64,000 nucleotides of DNA from an uncultured Verrucomicrobiae bacterium (GCA_963815455.1 CAWFGO010000001.1:96001-160000); one strand, 5' to 3'. Positions 49,512-60,549 are shown, numbered from the stretch's first letter. Made by a program: numbers and translations. The notes: generated by a model not told the origin, from the sequence alone.

Positions 49512-52500
49512 ATGCATCTCCAATCGCTCGAACTTTTCGGCTTCAAATCGTTCGCCGATAAAACCACCTTCAATTTCCACGAGGGCGTGACGGCCATTGT
49601 GGGGCCTAACGGCTGCGGCAAATCCAATGTGCTCGACGCCATCAAGTGGGTCCTGGGCGAGCAATCCGCCAAATCGCTTCGTGGCGGCGAAATGGCCGAC
49701 GTCATTTTCAACGGCACCGACTCGCGTAAACCGGTCGGGTTTGCCGAAGTCTCCCTCACCTTTTCGGATTGCGCGACGGAACTCGATGTCGATTGGAACG
49801 AAGTGCGGGTGACGCGCCGCGTTTTTCGCGACGGGAATTCGGAGTATTTCCTCAACAAAACGTCCTGCCGTTTGCGCGATATCCAAAGTCTGTTTGCCGA
49901 TACCGGCGTGGGCCGGGCCGCCTACTCGATGATGGAGCAAGGCAAGATCGACATGATCCTGAGCTCGCGTCCGGAAGATCGCCGCGCCATTTTCGAAGAA
50001 GCGGCCGGGATTACGAAGTATAAAACGCAAAAGCGCGAAGCGCTGCGCAAACTGGAAGCGACCGAGGCGAACCTGTTACGCGTGGGTGATATCATTAAGG
50101 AAGTGAAACGCCAGATCGGGTCGCTTCAACGCCAGGCTGGCAAGGCGCGACGTTACCAGGCGTTGCACGCCGATTTGCGGGCGCTCGACACCCACCATTC
50201 TCGCAAGCAACTCGAATCGCTCGAGACCGAGTTGGGAAAATGTCGAGCCGAGATCGAGCGAATCGGCGAATCGGAAACCGCGACGCGCCAGAAGATCGAC
50301 AGCGGCGAAACCGAACTCGGCGAACAACGGCGCGCTCTCGATGAGATCGATACGAAGATCGCCGATGGCCGGACCGAGTTGCAGCGTTTACAAAGCGAAA
50401 TCGGCACGCACCACAGCCGGATCGAATTCAATCGGCAACGGGCCAGTGAACTAACCGAGCTGATCGAGCGCTCCCGAAAAGACATCGCGGGGGCGGAAGC
50501 GAAGCGGACGCAACAACATAAGGACATCGAGCAGGCCAACGCGCTCATTGAAAAAACCAGCACCCTGGTTCAAGCCAGGGAAGCCGAATTGGCCGAGCTG
50601 ACTGCTTCCATTGCCGAATTGCGGACTGAGCGTTCCACGCACGAAACAGAATTGGAAAAACTCCGGGCGTCGTTCTCGAAAAACGAGAGCCGAACGGAGG
50701 AGCTGGAAGACGAGCTTTCCGGAATCACGATTCGCCGGGAAACAACCCAGGAGAATCAGCGCGATCTCGATGCTGCAATTTCCGAGGCGAACAAAGCTCG
50801 AACCAAAGTTGAACAAGAGATTGCCGCCGCGCGCACGGCGACCGCGAGCGCGTTAAAGAACGTCGATCTTCTGAAGACCGACGCGCAGACGCGGGAAGAA
50901 ACTTTGCAGCAACATCGACAGCTTTTGGCCGAAGCCGAGAAGAGCCTCTTGGCGATGGAGCGGGCGCTGGCCGAAAAGGAATCGCGCCTGGAAATCCTGC
51001 GCCAGCTGAATGAAGAAGGCGCAGGACTCGCCCAGGGTTCGCAGGCCGTGCTCAAAGGTCTCGATGATCCGGCCCGGATCCAATCCGCGCTGGCCGGCCC
51101 ATTTGTTTCGAAGCTCGATGTCGATCCTAAGTTCATCGGCGCGATTGAGGCGGCGCTGGGCCGAAGTCTGCAGGCGATCGTTTTGGAAGATCCGGCGCTC
51201 GCGCCGGAAATAATTTCGACATTGACCAGGAAGAATCTGGGACAGGCCGCGTTGATCATTCCGAGACTCGGCAGTTCATCGGCGAAGAAACACGGAAAAC
51301 TTCCGGGAAACTCGCTCGGCTGGGCCATCGACAAAGTGAGGGCTCCGGAATCGCTCGCTCCGCTGGTTGCCCAATTGCTTCACAACGTCGCACTTTTCGA
51401 CAATCTCGATCAGGCCCTGGCCGCGCGCCAAAAACAGAGGCGAGTTCGGCGCAGCCACACTTGCCGGCGAATTTATTTCGATGGAGGGCGTTGTCTTCGG
51501 TGGCAGCAGCGAAACTGCGTCCGATTCGTTGCTCGAGCGCAAATCGCGCATCTCGATCCTGACCGCGGAACATTCGGTCCTGGGCAAGCAACGGGACACT
51601 CTGCGAGAAAAACGAGACGAAGAAACCGCGCGGCTGGAAAAAGCAACGCGCGAATTCGAAAGGGTCCGCGCTCAATTCGAATCGGCTGGGCGTGAGCAAT
51701 CGGTTTCCGAAAGCCGGATTCAATTTCTGGAGCGCGAACGGGAAGAAGTCCAACGCAAGATCGACAATCTGCGCTCGGAAGATGCAACGCTCCGGCAACA
51801 ACTGGACGCGGCCGACGAACGGATTACAGCGCTGCAGGCGGAATTGGAAACGGAACGGGACGCTCTTGCCGAGAAACAGTCGGAACAATCCAGGGCAGAG
51901 GCCGCACGCAACGACCTATCAAAACGCGAAGAGGAAGCCGGTGAGAAGTTGAATGAGCTTCGCCTGGCGCTGGCAACAGAACGTCAACGACAGGACAACC
52001 TGCTGGCGCAACGCCAGCCGATGACCGCCCGCGAAACGGAGCTGGCCGAGACCATCGCCGCTCGCAGGGCCGAGATTGCCGATTTTGAAAAGCGACTGGC
52101 CGCGCAATCGAACGAATCGAGGGACGCGGAAACGGCGATTGAGAAGCAGACCGTGCAACGCGCCGCGTTGGAGCAATCGATTGTTGCGCTGGCGGATCAA
52201 CGTTCAAAACAGCTGGCCGCGACGAATGAAATCGAGTCGGGCCTGCGGAATGTTCGCAACAGCTTGAACGAGCTGCACGATCTGCGTGCGCAACAGCAAG
52301 TCCGCGAATCACAGCTGGGAATGCAGATCGACAATCTGCTCGAACACATCGAGCGGCGGTATCAGCTCAATCTGCGCGAGTTCGCGCTGGATCAGCCGGC
52401 GTTCGAGAAGACGTTGCGAGTGCAGCTGAAACGGCGCGGTGGATCGGCCGCTCCGTCGGACGATGTTAATAATGGCGGCGAAGCCGCGTTAAACTCAGCA

Positions 52501-53277
52501 TCGCGCTCGGAGATCGCGATCCACCAGGATCTTTCGGATGAAGACCTGCAAAAATTAATCGGTGATCTGACCCGCCAGCTCGACAACATGGGCCCGGTTA
52601 ATCTCGAAGCCGTGCAGGAATACGACGAACTCGAAGAGCGTTACAAATTTCTCGAGACCCAGAACAACGATCTCACCAATTCGCGGCGTGAACTGCTGGA
52701 TGTCATCTCCAAGATCAATTTAACCACGCGAAAACTATTCGCCGATACGTTTGCGCAGGTGCGGGCGAATTTTAAAGAGATGTTTGCGGAGCTATTCGGC
52801 GGCGGCCGGGCCGATCTTTTGTTGATGGACGAGAACGATCCGCTCAATTGCGGGATCGAGATCAGCGCAAAACCGCCCGGGAAACAGCTCCAAGCGGTTT
52901 CGCTGCTCAGCGGCGGCGAGCGCGCCATGACGGCGGTGGCGTTGCTCTTTGCGATTTACATGGTCCGCCCGAGTCCATTCTGTATTCTGGACGAGATCGA
53001 CGCGCCGCTCGATGAAAGCAACATCAACCGGTTCGTCAAAATGCTGGAGCGGTTCGTGGCCCAGAGTCAATTCATCATCATCACTCACAACAAGCGCACC
53101 ATCTCCAAGGCCGATATTCTTTATGGGGTCACGATGGAAGAACGCGGCGTGAGCAAACTGGTCGGGATGAAACTGACCGGGCCGCGCGAAGTCGCGACCG
53201 ATCAGGCATCCAACGGCAACGGTAACGGGCATCAGGAAACCGCGACGCAGCGGCATTTCGCCCTGGCAGGACGATAG
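49512..53277 (+). CDS. smc: Chromosome segregation protein SMC; frameshift near 51435
   Basis: GFKSFAD, GPNGCGKSN, hinge, LLSGGER, ILDEIDAPLDE, ITH. Confidence 0.96.
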
Positions 53278-53288
53278 AATTCTCATCG

Positions 53289-53433
53289 CTGGGGAGCACA
53301 GGCTGCCAGCCTGTTGTTTTCGGCAGCTTGCCGAAAAGCTCTTCGAACACACAATGTTTAGTCGGCTACGACGTCGAGCAAATGTCGTCGGCAAGCTGCC
53401 GCCGACTGCAGGCTGGCAGCCTGCGCTCCCCAG
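53289..53433. repeat. CTGGGGAGCACAGG...CCTGTGCTCCCC multi-hairpin element
   Basis: Terminal IR plus internal CGGCAGCTTGCCG/CGGCAAGCTGCCG; copies at 54635, 58252, 62685. Confidence 0.9.
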
Positions 53434-53494
53434 AATCGATATGCATCCTAAAAAAATTTTGCGCACGGTTGTCGATCCTGCGTAAAATCACTGG

Positions 53495-54562
53495 ATGCTT
53501 CAGACGGCGCAGCGCAAAGGGAAGAAATCCGCCGCTAAATCTGCGCAGGCAAAAACAGCGAAGAAGCCCCGGATCCACGAGCGATTCGTCGAGGCGTTTC
53601 GCTGGATGCTTTTAGCCCGAATTCTCGAGGACAAACTGGCCAGCCTTTATCGCGGCGGCATGATTGTCGGCGGCGTTTACCTCGGCAAAGGCCAGGAAGC
53701 GGTCAGCGCGGCGTGCGGCATGTTCTTGAAAAAGGGCGACGTGTTTGCGCCGCTCATTCGCGACCAGGCCGGCCGGTCGGCGTTCGGTGAACCGTTGCTC
53801 GACGTGGTGCGCACGTATCTCGGCTCGGTAAAAGGACCGATGCGCGGCCGCGACGGCAATATTCATCGAGGACGCCCGGGAGAAAATCAGCTGGCCATGA
53901 TCAGCCATTTGGGGGCGATGACGTCGGTCATTACCGGAAAGCTGCTGGCGAAACGGATGAAAGGCGAAAAGGACTTCGTCGGGCTAACGACTTTGGGTGA
54001 AGGGGGGATGCAGACCGGGGCGACGCATGAAGGGCTGAACATCGCGGCGGTTGAGCAAGTGCCCCTGGTGGTCGTAGTCACGAACAATCATTGGGCCTAC
54101 TCGACCCCTAACGAACGCGAATTCGCCTGCGCGAACCTGGTCGAGCGCGCCAAAGGCTACGGGTACGAAGGGCATACGATAGACGGCACCGACTTGAACC
54201 AATGCCTTGAGATTATCGAGACTGCAGTGCAGCGCGCGCGGGCCGGCCGGCCACCGCAAATGGTGGTCGCGGAGGTCTTGCGCCTGGCGGGGCACGGCGA
54301 ACATGATGACGCCAGCTACGTTCCGCCGGAGATGAAGAACGAGCCTTTCGCCCAGGATCCGGTTCAGCGAACGGAAAAATTCATTCTTGAGCACGGGCTG
54401 CTTGACCGCGACGGGTTGCAACAGATGCGCGCGGAGATCGCAAAGCAAGTCGATGAAGCGGTGACGACGGCACAGCAAGAAGAGGCGCCGAACGCGAATG
54501 AAGAAAATTGGTGCGCCTTATCGCGACGCGAACTGGCCGGCCGCGGCGAAGCCGGCGAATGA
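53495..54562 (+). CDS. 2-oxoacid dehydrogenase E1 alpha subunit
   Basis: GQEA, GEGG..NN TPP motif, RLAGHGEHD. Confidence 0.92.
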   Translation: MLQTAQRKGKKSAAKSAQAKTAKKPRIHERFVEAFRWMLLARILEDKLASLYRGGMIVGGVYLGKGQEAVSAACGMFLKKGDVFAPLIRDQAGRSAFGEPLLDVVRTYLGSVKGPMRGRDGNIHRGRPGENQLAMISHLGAMTSVITGKLLAKRMKGEKDFVGLTTLGEGGMQTGATHEGLNIAAVEQVPLVVVVTNNHWAYSTPNEREFACANLVERAKGYGYEGHTIDGTDLNQCLEIIETAVQRARAGRPPQMVVAEVLRLAGHGEHDDASYVPPEMKNEPFAQDPVQRTEKFILEHGLLDRDGLQQMRAEIAKQVDEAVTTAQQEEAPNANEENWCALSRRELAGRGEAGE

Positions 54563-54864
54563 CGAAGCTCGAATGACGAAATCCGAAGGAATGTCCTAAT
54601 GACGAATGACCAAAAGGCGCGCATTCGCGTAACTCTGGGGAGCACAGGCCGCCGGCCTGTGGGATTCGGCCGCTGGCCGAATGCATTTGGGTGCAAATAC
54701 GTTGAGGAACCTAAACAGATTCGCGGCAAGCTGCCGCGAAGTACAGGCTGGCAGCCTGTGCTCCCCGGACACAAAACCCGTTCGCCAATTTTTTATCATG
54801 GCTTCGACATTCGTCGTTGGAATTTCGTCATTGTATCGGCATTCGGATTTCGTGCTTCGTCATT
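54558..54864. repeat. AATGACG-array inverted element containing a nested CTGGGGAGC element (54635..54768)
   Basis: AATGACGAAGCTCGAATGACGAA...TTCGTGCTTCGTCATT outer arms. Confidence 0.82.
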
Positions 54865-54870
54865 TTCCCC

Positions 54871-55839
54871 ATGAGCGTCACGTACTTGGAGGCTATTCGC
54901 GAGGCGCAGGCGAAGTTGCTGCGTGAAGACGAGCGCGTTTTCATCTACGGACAGGACATCGCGGGAAAATTCGGCGGCGCATTCAAAGCGACGAAAGGTT
55001 TGGCGGCAAAATTCCCAGGGCGAGTGCTGAACACGCCGATCAGCGAAGACGCCATGGTAGGAACGGCAATCGGCGCCGCGCTGGAAGGAATGCGGCCGAT
55101 CGTGGAGATGCAGTTTGCCGACTTTTCCAGTGTCGCGCTCAACCAGATCTTAAACAACGCCGGCACCCATTATTACCGAACAAATATACCTGTGCCGATC
55201 ACGGTGCGGTTGCCATCGGGTGGAACCAAAGGAAGCGGCCCGTTTCACAGTCAGAGCATGGAAGGGCTCTATTCGCATTATCCGGGGGTGATCGTCATGA
55301 CCCCGGCAACTGTCGAGGACGCCTACACGATGTTGATCGATGCGGTCCGGATCGACGACCCGGTCGTCTACTGCGAGCACAAGTATTTGTATTACCATCT
55401 CAAGGCCGACAAGCTGCCGACCGAAGGCTTGCCAACCGGCAAGGCGCGGATTGTCCGCCCGGGACGCGATCTCACGATCGTAACTTACAGCGCGATGGTC
55501 CACGAGTCGCTCGCAGTGGCTAACGAATTGCACAGGGACGGATTCGAGATCGAAGTCGTCGATCTGCGAACGGTGAAGCCGCTCGACACGACAACGGTGC
55601 TGGCATCGGTCGCGCGAACCGGCCGGCTGTTGTGCGTCGGCGAAGCGTTCCCCTGGGGCGGCGTCACCGCGGAAGTCATCGCCCGCGTCGCGGCTGAAGG
55701 TTTACATCTGCTTGATGCCGCGCCGGCGCGCATCAACGCGAAGGACACGCCGATTCCCTATCACCCGAACCTCTGGATCGAACACCGGCCGAATCAAAAG
55801 ACGATCGCGGCCAAGGCTCGCGCTGTATTAGCGGAATGA
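54871..55839 (+). CDS. 2-oxoacid dehydrogenase E1 beta subunit
   Basis: NTPISE, EMQFADF, GPFHSQ, EVVDLRTVKPLD. Confidence 0.93.
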   Translation: MSVTYLEAIREAQAKLLREDERVFIYGQDIAGKFGGAFKATKGLAAKFPGRVLNTPISEDAMVGTAIGAALEGMRPIVEMQFADFSSVALNQILNNAGTHYYRTNIPVPITVRLPSGGTKGSGPFHSQSMEGLYSHYPGVIVMTPATVEDAYTMLIDAVRIDDPVVYCEHKYLYYHLKADKLPTEGLPTGKARIVRPGRDLTIVTYSAMVHESLAVANELHRDGFEIEVVDLRTVKPLDTTTVLASVARTGRLLCVGEAFPWGGVTAEVIARVAAEGLHLLDAAPARINAKDTPIPYHPNLWIEHRPNQKTIAAKARAVLAE

Positions 55840-55851
55840 TATCAATCTGGC

Positions 55852-56036
55852 GTCATCCTGAGCGAAGCGAAGGACCTGGCAAAAGGTATTGCGCTTCCGC
55901 GTGTGCAAACGCATTATCTGCCGGTGCAAACGCGACGAACGCTTGCGCGATTGTAGCTTCGACTGTGAGGTCCCTCGGTCCGAGCCGGACTGGCATTGTC
56001 TGCGCGGCTCCCGCCACGGCAGGCAGGCGGGATGAC
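55852..56036. repeat. GTCATCC...GGATGAC palindromic element with nested small hairpins
   Basis: GTCATCCTGAGCGAAGCGAAGGACCT...AGGTCCCTCG...GGGATGAC. Confidence 0.88.
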
Positions 56037-56051
56037 AAACGATCATAGATT

Positions 56052-56156
56052 ATGCCTCAAGTTCCAATCACCATGCCGCAGCTCGGCGAATCGATGGCCG
56101 AGGCAACGATTGTTTCAATCAAAGTGAAGCCGGGCGACAAAGTCGCCGCCGATCAG
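56052..56156 (+). pseudogene. Remnant copy of the first 35 codons of the E2 gene
   Basis: 56046..56156 matches 56987..57097 at 107/111. Confidence 0.92.
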
Positions 56157-56791
56157 TCGGGAATAGACGGATCGCGGTTGATCACCCGCGATCGGTTAAT
56201 GCGTCGCGGGCGCGTTCTGTAACGTCCCGAGCGTTCTCTTACATGAAACCCGATCTGTTTCGGTAGCGGCTCCGGTTCTGGTGGCGGATCGATGATGTCC
56301 ATCACGCGCTGAAGGATGGTAACAATAGCGGCTTCATGGACATCGAGGCGTTCCTTTAATTCCTTCTCGAGGGCGGACAGTTTGCGCGCCAGTTGGTTCG
56401 TGTCGTTCAGGACCCGCCGCATGGCAATGAACGCGCGCACGACAAACACGCTCATCTGAGCGGCCTGGGTGCTATTAAGTACGTTTGCCGCCATGATCGC
56501 GCCGTGCTCGGTGAAAGCATATGGGCGGCGGCGGCGGCCGCCATGGCTCAAACTTGAGGTGCCAAATTGGTACTTCAAGTCTTGCCATTCGGTGGCAGAA
56601 ATCTGGAACATAAAGTCTTTCGGAAAACGATCGCGATTACGCTTAACAGCCCGATTCAGCGCCTTGGTCTGGACGCCGTAGACTTGGGCCAAGTCAGAAT
56701 CCAGCATGACCTTCTCGCCACGAATTTCGTGGATCAGGCTCGCGAGTCGCTCTACCGCCAACGCCAATCGTTTGTCCGTTCTTGGCATCAT
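56153..56791 (-). CDS. ORF6N-domain DNA-binding protein
   Basis: IRGEKVMLDSDLAQVYGV..LNRAVKRNRDRFPKDFMFQ, PYAFTEHGAIMAANVLNS, IGF. Confidence 0.92.
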   Translation of the reverse strand: MMPRTDKRLALAVERLASLIHEIRGEKVMLDSDLAQVYGVQTKALNRAVKRNRDRFPKDFMFQISATEWQDLKYQFGTSSLSHGGRRRRPYAFTEHGAIMAANVLNSTQAAQMSVFVVRAFIAMRRVLNDTNQLARKLSALEKELKERLDVHEAAIVTILQRVMDIIDPPPEPEPLPKQIGFHVRERSGRYRTRPRRINRSRVINRDPSIPD

Positions 56792-56992
56792 GCGACCGTA
56801 GTGACAATCAGGCCGAAAGAGAAGCGATTTGCTGGTCAGAAGGTTGAGGCTCCGAACTGGCGTTTCATTCTCTGCCACCCTAGAATTGCGGCACGCGTTG
56901 ATCCGATTAAGATGTGCCACAGAATAGAACATTCGGCAGGCGAGACGCCTGCCGGCCTCACAGGCAGGATGCCTGTGCTCCGGAAGTAGATT

Positions 56993-58249
56993 ATGCCTCA
57001 AGTTCCAATCACCATGCCGCAGCTCGGCGAATCGATGGCCGAAGCGACGATTGTTTCAATCAAAGTGAAGCCGGGCGAGAAAGTCGCGGCCGATCAGGAG
57101 ATCATTGAAGTCGAAACTGACAAAGCGATCATGGGCGTGACCACGCCGTGCCCGGGGGAGATTGCGAAGATCGACGCAGAAGTGAAAGGCGTTTATCCGG
57201 TTGGCGCCGTGCTCGGATACGTGGAAGCGAGCGAAGCAGATGCGGCGCGATTTCAAAAACGCGCACCCGAACCGCCAAAGGGCGAAGTATCGATGGAAAT
57301 TCCCGGTCGCGAAGAGGAGCCTGCTGGCGCGGGTAATGGCAGCAGCTCCCATTTTCAAGTGGACGATACCGCTTTGCCGCAAGTCGCAGTGGGGTCGGAT
57401 GTCGATCAACGCGGCGGTTTGCCGGTTCCGGCGAGCGCCAAAGGCGCGGGATATCTTTCGCCGCGGGTCCGAGCCCGCATGGCCGAGTTGCAATTGACCC
57501 AGGCCGATCTTGCCAGCATCGCTGGCACAGGCTCGGCCGGCCGGGTTACGATCAAGGACCTGGAGACTTTTCTCAGTTCGATCGAATCGCAACCAGCGGA
57601 AAAACCGAGCGCGATTCGCACCGGCGTTGCCGATGCGATGCGACGCAGCTGGGCCCGGCCACTGGCAACGGTGGGCGTTTCGGTTTGTTTGGATCCGGTG
57701 CTGCAGGACCGCGCGCAACGCGACCCGAAACCCGGCCCGGCGTTGTATGCGGTGCGCGCGCTAGCCCTCGCACTTGCCGAGCAACCGAACGCCGCCGCTC
57801 GATTGATCGGCGGCCGGGCGATCAGCTCACAATCGATCGACATCGGAGTCGCTGTCGAAGCTGGGGAAGGAATCATGGTCCCGGTGATTCGTAACGCCGA
57901 CAAAACTTCGCTGGCCGACATGATGAATCGTTACACCGAGCTTGTCGATCTTGCGCGACGCCGGCGCCTGACGAGCGAGATGACTTCGGGCGGAATTGCT
58001 TCCGTTTCCAATTTTGGAACGTTCGGCCTGGACTGGGGCACACCGATTCCTCTCCCGGATCAGACGATGATCCTTGGACTCGGCGCAGGAAAGAAAACCC
58101 CGGTGTGGGACGAATCGAAAAATGAATTCGTTCCGAAAACCGAAGCGCAAGTCACATTAAGCTTCGATCATCGTAGCCTCGATGGCGGCGGCGCCGGACG
58201 CTTGCTCAAGCGGGTGATCGAGTTGCTGGAAGAGCCGGAGACGCTCTGA
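56993..58249 (+). CDS. 2-oxoacid dehydrogenase E2 (dihydrolipoamide acyltransferase)
   Basis: MPQLGES, EVETDKA lipoyl lysine, GTGSAGRVT, SFDHR. Confidence 0.93.
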   Translation: MPQVPITMPQLGESMAEATIVSIKVKPGEKVAADQEIIEVETDKAIMGVTTPCPGEIAKIDAEVKGVYPVGAVLGYVEASEADAARFQKRAPEPPKGEVSMEIPGREEEPAGAGNGSSSHFQVDDTALPQVAVGSDVDQRGGLPVPASAKGAGYLSPRVRARMAELQLTQADLASIAGTGSAGRVTIKDLETFLSSIESQPAEKPSAIRTGVADAMRRSWARPLATVGVSVCLDPVLQDRAQRDPKPGPALYAVRALALALAEQPNAAARLIGGRAISSQSIDIGVAVEAGEGIMVPVIRNADKTSLADMMNRYTELVDLARRRRLTSEMTSGGIASVSNFGTFGLDWGTPIPLPDQTMILGLGAGKKTPVWDESKNEFVPKTEAQVTLSFDHRSLDGGGAGRLLKRVIELLEEPETL

Positions 58250-58251
58250 AT

Positions 58252-58382
58252 CTGGGGAGCGCAGGCTGTCGGCCTGCAGTCGGCGGCAGCTTGCCGACGA
58301 CACGTAATTATTGCAACACCATGACTGACAAGCTTTTCGGCAAGCTGCCGAAAACAACAGGCTAGCAGCCTGTGCTCCCCAG
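58252..58382. repeat. CTGGGGAGC multi-hairpin element
   Basis: Same terminal and internal IRs as 53289..53433. Confidence 0.9.
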
Positions 58383-58489
58383 ACTCGCTTGCCTCGCGCA
58401 AGTTGAGAACTATCTTCTGGACAGCACGAGCGGTGATCGAGTTAGCAGTAAGAGATTCTTCGACTTCGCTCGGAATGACAAAGGACGTT

Positions 58490-59044
58490 ATGCACGAGAA
58501 CACTGAATTTACTTTGAGTCGCGATTGCGAGGTAATCCTGATCCCGAGCGGGACGAAATTTACGGTACCGGCCGGAACCAAAGGAGTAATTACGCAGACG
58601 CTTGGTGGAAGTTATACCATCGCTACTTCGTATGGTCTCTCACGCGTCGCCGAGAAGGACATCGACGCGCTCGGAATCGAGAAACCGGTGGCCAAGACCG
58701 AATCGAAGGCCGCGGCCACGACTAATGGCGAAGTCTCCGAGGACGATGTTTGGAATCAATTGCGCCAGTGCTTCGATCCGGAAATTCCGGTTAACATTGT
58801 CGATCTTGGCCTGGTTTACGATTGCCGGTTGATCAAGAAAGATGGCGGCGGCACGCGGGTGGAAGTGAAAATGACTCTCACCGCGCCCGGGTGCGGAATG
58901 GGACCGGCCATTGCCCACGACGCGCAAAGCAAGATTTTGAGCATCGACGGCATCGATGAAGCCGATGTGCAGCTGGTCTGGGACCCGCCGTGGAATCAAA
59001 GCATGATCAGCGAACCGGGCCGGATGAAGCTGGGAATGATTTGA
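58490..59044 (+). CDS. sufT: Fe-S cluster assembly protein SufT (DUF59)
   Basis: ITQTLGGSYT, DPEIPVNIVDLGLVY, MTLTAPGCGMG, VWDPPW. Confidence 0.9.
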   Translation: MHENTEFTLSRDCEVILIPSGTKFTVPAGTKGVITQTLGGSYTIATSYGLSRVAEKDIDALGIEKPVAKTESKAAATTNGEVSEDDVWNQLRQCFDPEIPVNIVDLGLVYDCRLIKKDGGGTRVEVKMTLTAPGCGMGPAIAHDAQSKILSIDGIDEADVQLVWDPPWNQSMISEPGRMKLGMI

Positions 59045-59063
59045 TCGCCGTTCACATGATCTA

Positions 59064-60404
59064 ATGCCTGCGATCTCCTCGGAAAAAACAATCGAGGAGG
59101 AAACGCGTCGCGTTCTGGCCGAACTTTTCGACGGCGCGTCGCTCGACAAGATGGGCGTTCGCCTCTGGAACGGAGCAAGGTGGCCGGACGAGCGTCCCCG
59201 CGACGCGGTTCTGGTCCTGAAGCATCCCGGCTCGCTCGGGAAAATGTTCCTGCCTGGGACGGAGGTCGGCCTGGGCGAGGCATATTTGCGCGACGACTTC
59301 GATATCGAGGGGGACATCGAGGCGGCATTCGAAATTGGCGATTTTCTACTCGGCCGTCTTGGAGGTTGGAAAAAAAAGATCAAACTCGGCGGGCTGCTAG
59401 TTGCCCTTCCGCAGGGTGACGGAACATCGACCCGCCTTCGCACGGCTACGGCGCGGCAGGCAATCGAACGGGCCGCGAGGCAGTTGCTCCCGCGAATTCG
59501 GGGCAAGAAACATTCACCGGAACGCGATCGGCGCGCGGTCACGTTTCATTACGACGTTTCGAACGATTTCTATCGGCTTTGGCTGGATCGGCAAATGGTC
59601 TATTCCTGCGCCTATTTCCGATCGCCGGACGATGATCTCGAAACGGCTCAGGAGCAGAAGTTGGATTACATCTGTCGCAAACTGCGGCTGCGTCCCGGTC
59701 AGCGTTTGCTCGATATTGGCTGCGGCTGGGGCGCGCTGGTCATTCATGCGGCGAAATATTTCGACGTGCGCGCAGACGGAATCACGCTGAGTCAGCCTCA
59801 GGCGGAATGGGCCCGGGCTCGCGTCGCCAACGAGGGCCTAACCGAAAAAGTGAAGATCGATCTGCGGGATTACCGCGAGCTTGCTGCAAACGGCGCGGAG
59901 TCTTACCACGCGATCGTAAGCATCGGCATGGCCGAACATGTCGGACGTGAACGACTCATGGATTACTTTGCCATTGCCCATCGAGTCCTCCGGCCGGGCG
60001 GTGTTTTTCTCAACCAGGCAATCGGCGAAGATGTCGTTCGGCGGCCGGACAATCGAAACGGGTCATTCATCGAGGACTACGTCTTTCCAGACGGCGATAT
60101 TCCGCCGTTGCCGATCATGTTGTCTGCGGCTGAATCGGCCGGCTTCGAGATTCGCGATGTGGAAAATTTGCGTGAACACTATGCGCTGACGCTGCGACAC
60201 TGGCTGCGCCGGCTGGAAACGCACCATGATGAGGCACTTTCCTTCGTGGACGAGAAGACTTACCGGGTGTGGCGCCTTTACGTGGCCGGTTCCGCGCACG
60301 GATTTCAGCACGGCCACATGGCAGTTTACCAAACGCTGCTGGCAAAGCTGGAAGTCTCTGGTGAGATTCATCACCCTCTCACTCGCGACGATTGGTACCA
60401 ATAG
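59064..60404 (+). CDS. cfa: Cyclopropane-fatty-acyl-phospholipid synthase family methyltransferase
   Basis: HYDVSNDFY, YSCAYF, LDIGCGWG, HYALTLRHW. Confidence 0.9.
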   Translation: MPAISSEKTIEEETRRVLAELFDGASLDKMGVRLWNGARWPDERPRDAVLVLKHPGSLGKMFLPGTEVGLGEAYLRDDFDIEGDIEAAFEIGDFLLGRLGGWKKKIKLGGLLVALPQGDGTSTRLRTATARQAIERAARQLLPRIRGKKHSPERDRRAVTFHYDVSNDFYRLWLDRQMVYSCAYFRSPDDDLETAQEQKLDYICRKLRLRPGQRLLDIGCGWGALVIHAAKYFDVRADGITLSQPQAEWARARVANEGLTEKVKIDLRDYRELAANGAESYHAIVSIGMAEHVGRERLMDYFAIAHRVLRPGGVFLNQAIGEDVVRRPDNRNGSFIEDYVFPDGDIPPLPIMLSAAESAGFEIRDVENLREHYALTLRHWLRRLETHHDEALSFVDEKTYRVWRLYVAGSAHGFQHGHMAVYQTLLAKLEVSGEIHHPLTRDDWYQ

Positions 60405-60428
60405 AGTCGGACAACGGCGGCTTCGATC

Positions 60429-60498
60429 TGTAGCGGCGGTCTCTGGCCGTCGATATCTTTCAGAAGAGAGTTTGCGACGGCCAGAGACCGCCGCTACA
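60429..60498. repeat. GTAG-type REP doublet
   Basis: TGTAGCGGCGGTCTCTGGCCGTCG...CGACGGCCAGAGACCGCCGCTACA, perfect 24-bp arms. Confidence 0.92.
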
Positions 60499-60549
60499 AA
60501 GAGATCGCGATATTGCGAGCTCGCTCACAATTTTATTTTTTGCGAATCG

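Noticed and set aside
56153..56791. ORF6N as a prophage marker
   Set aside because: No other phage genes or integrase nearby.
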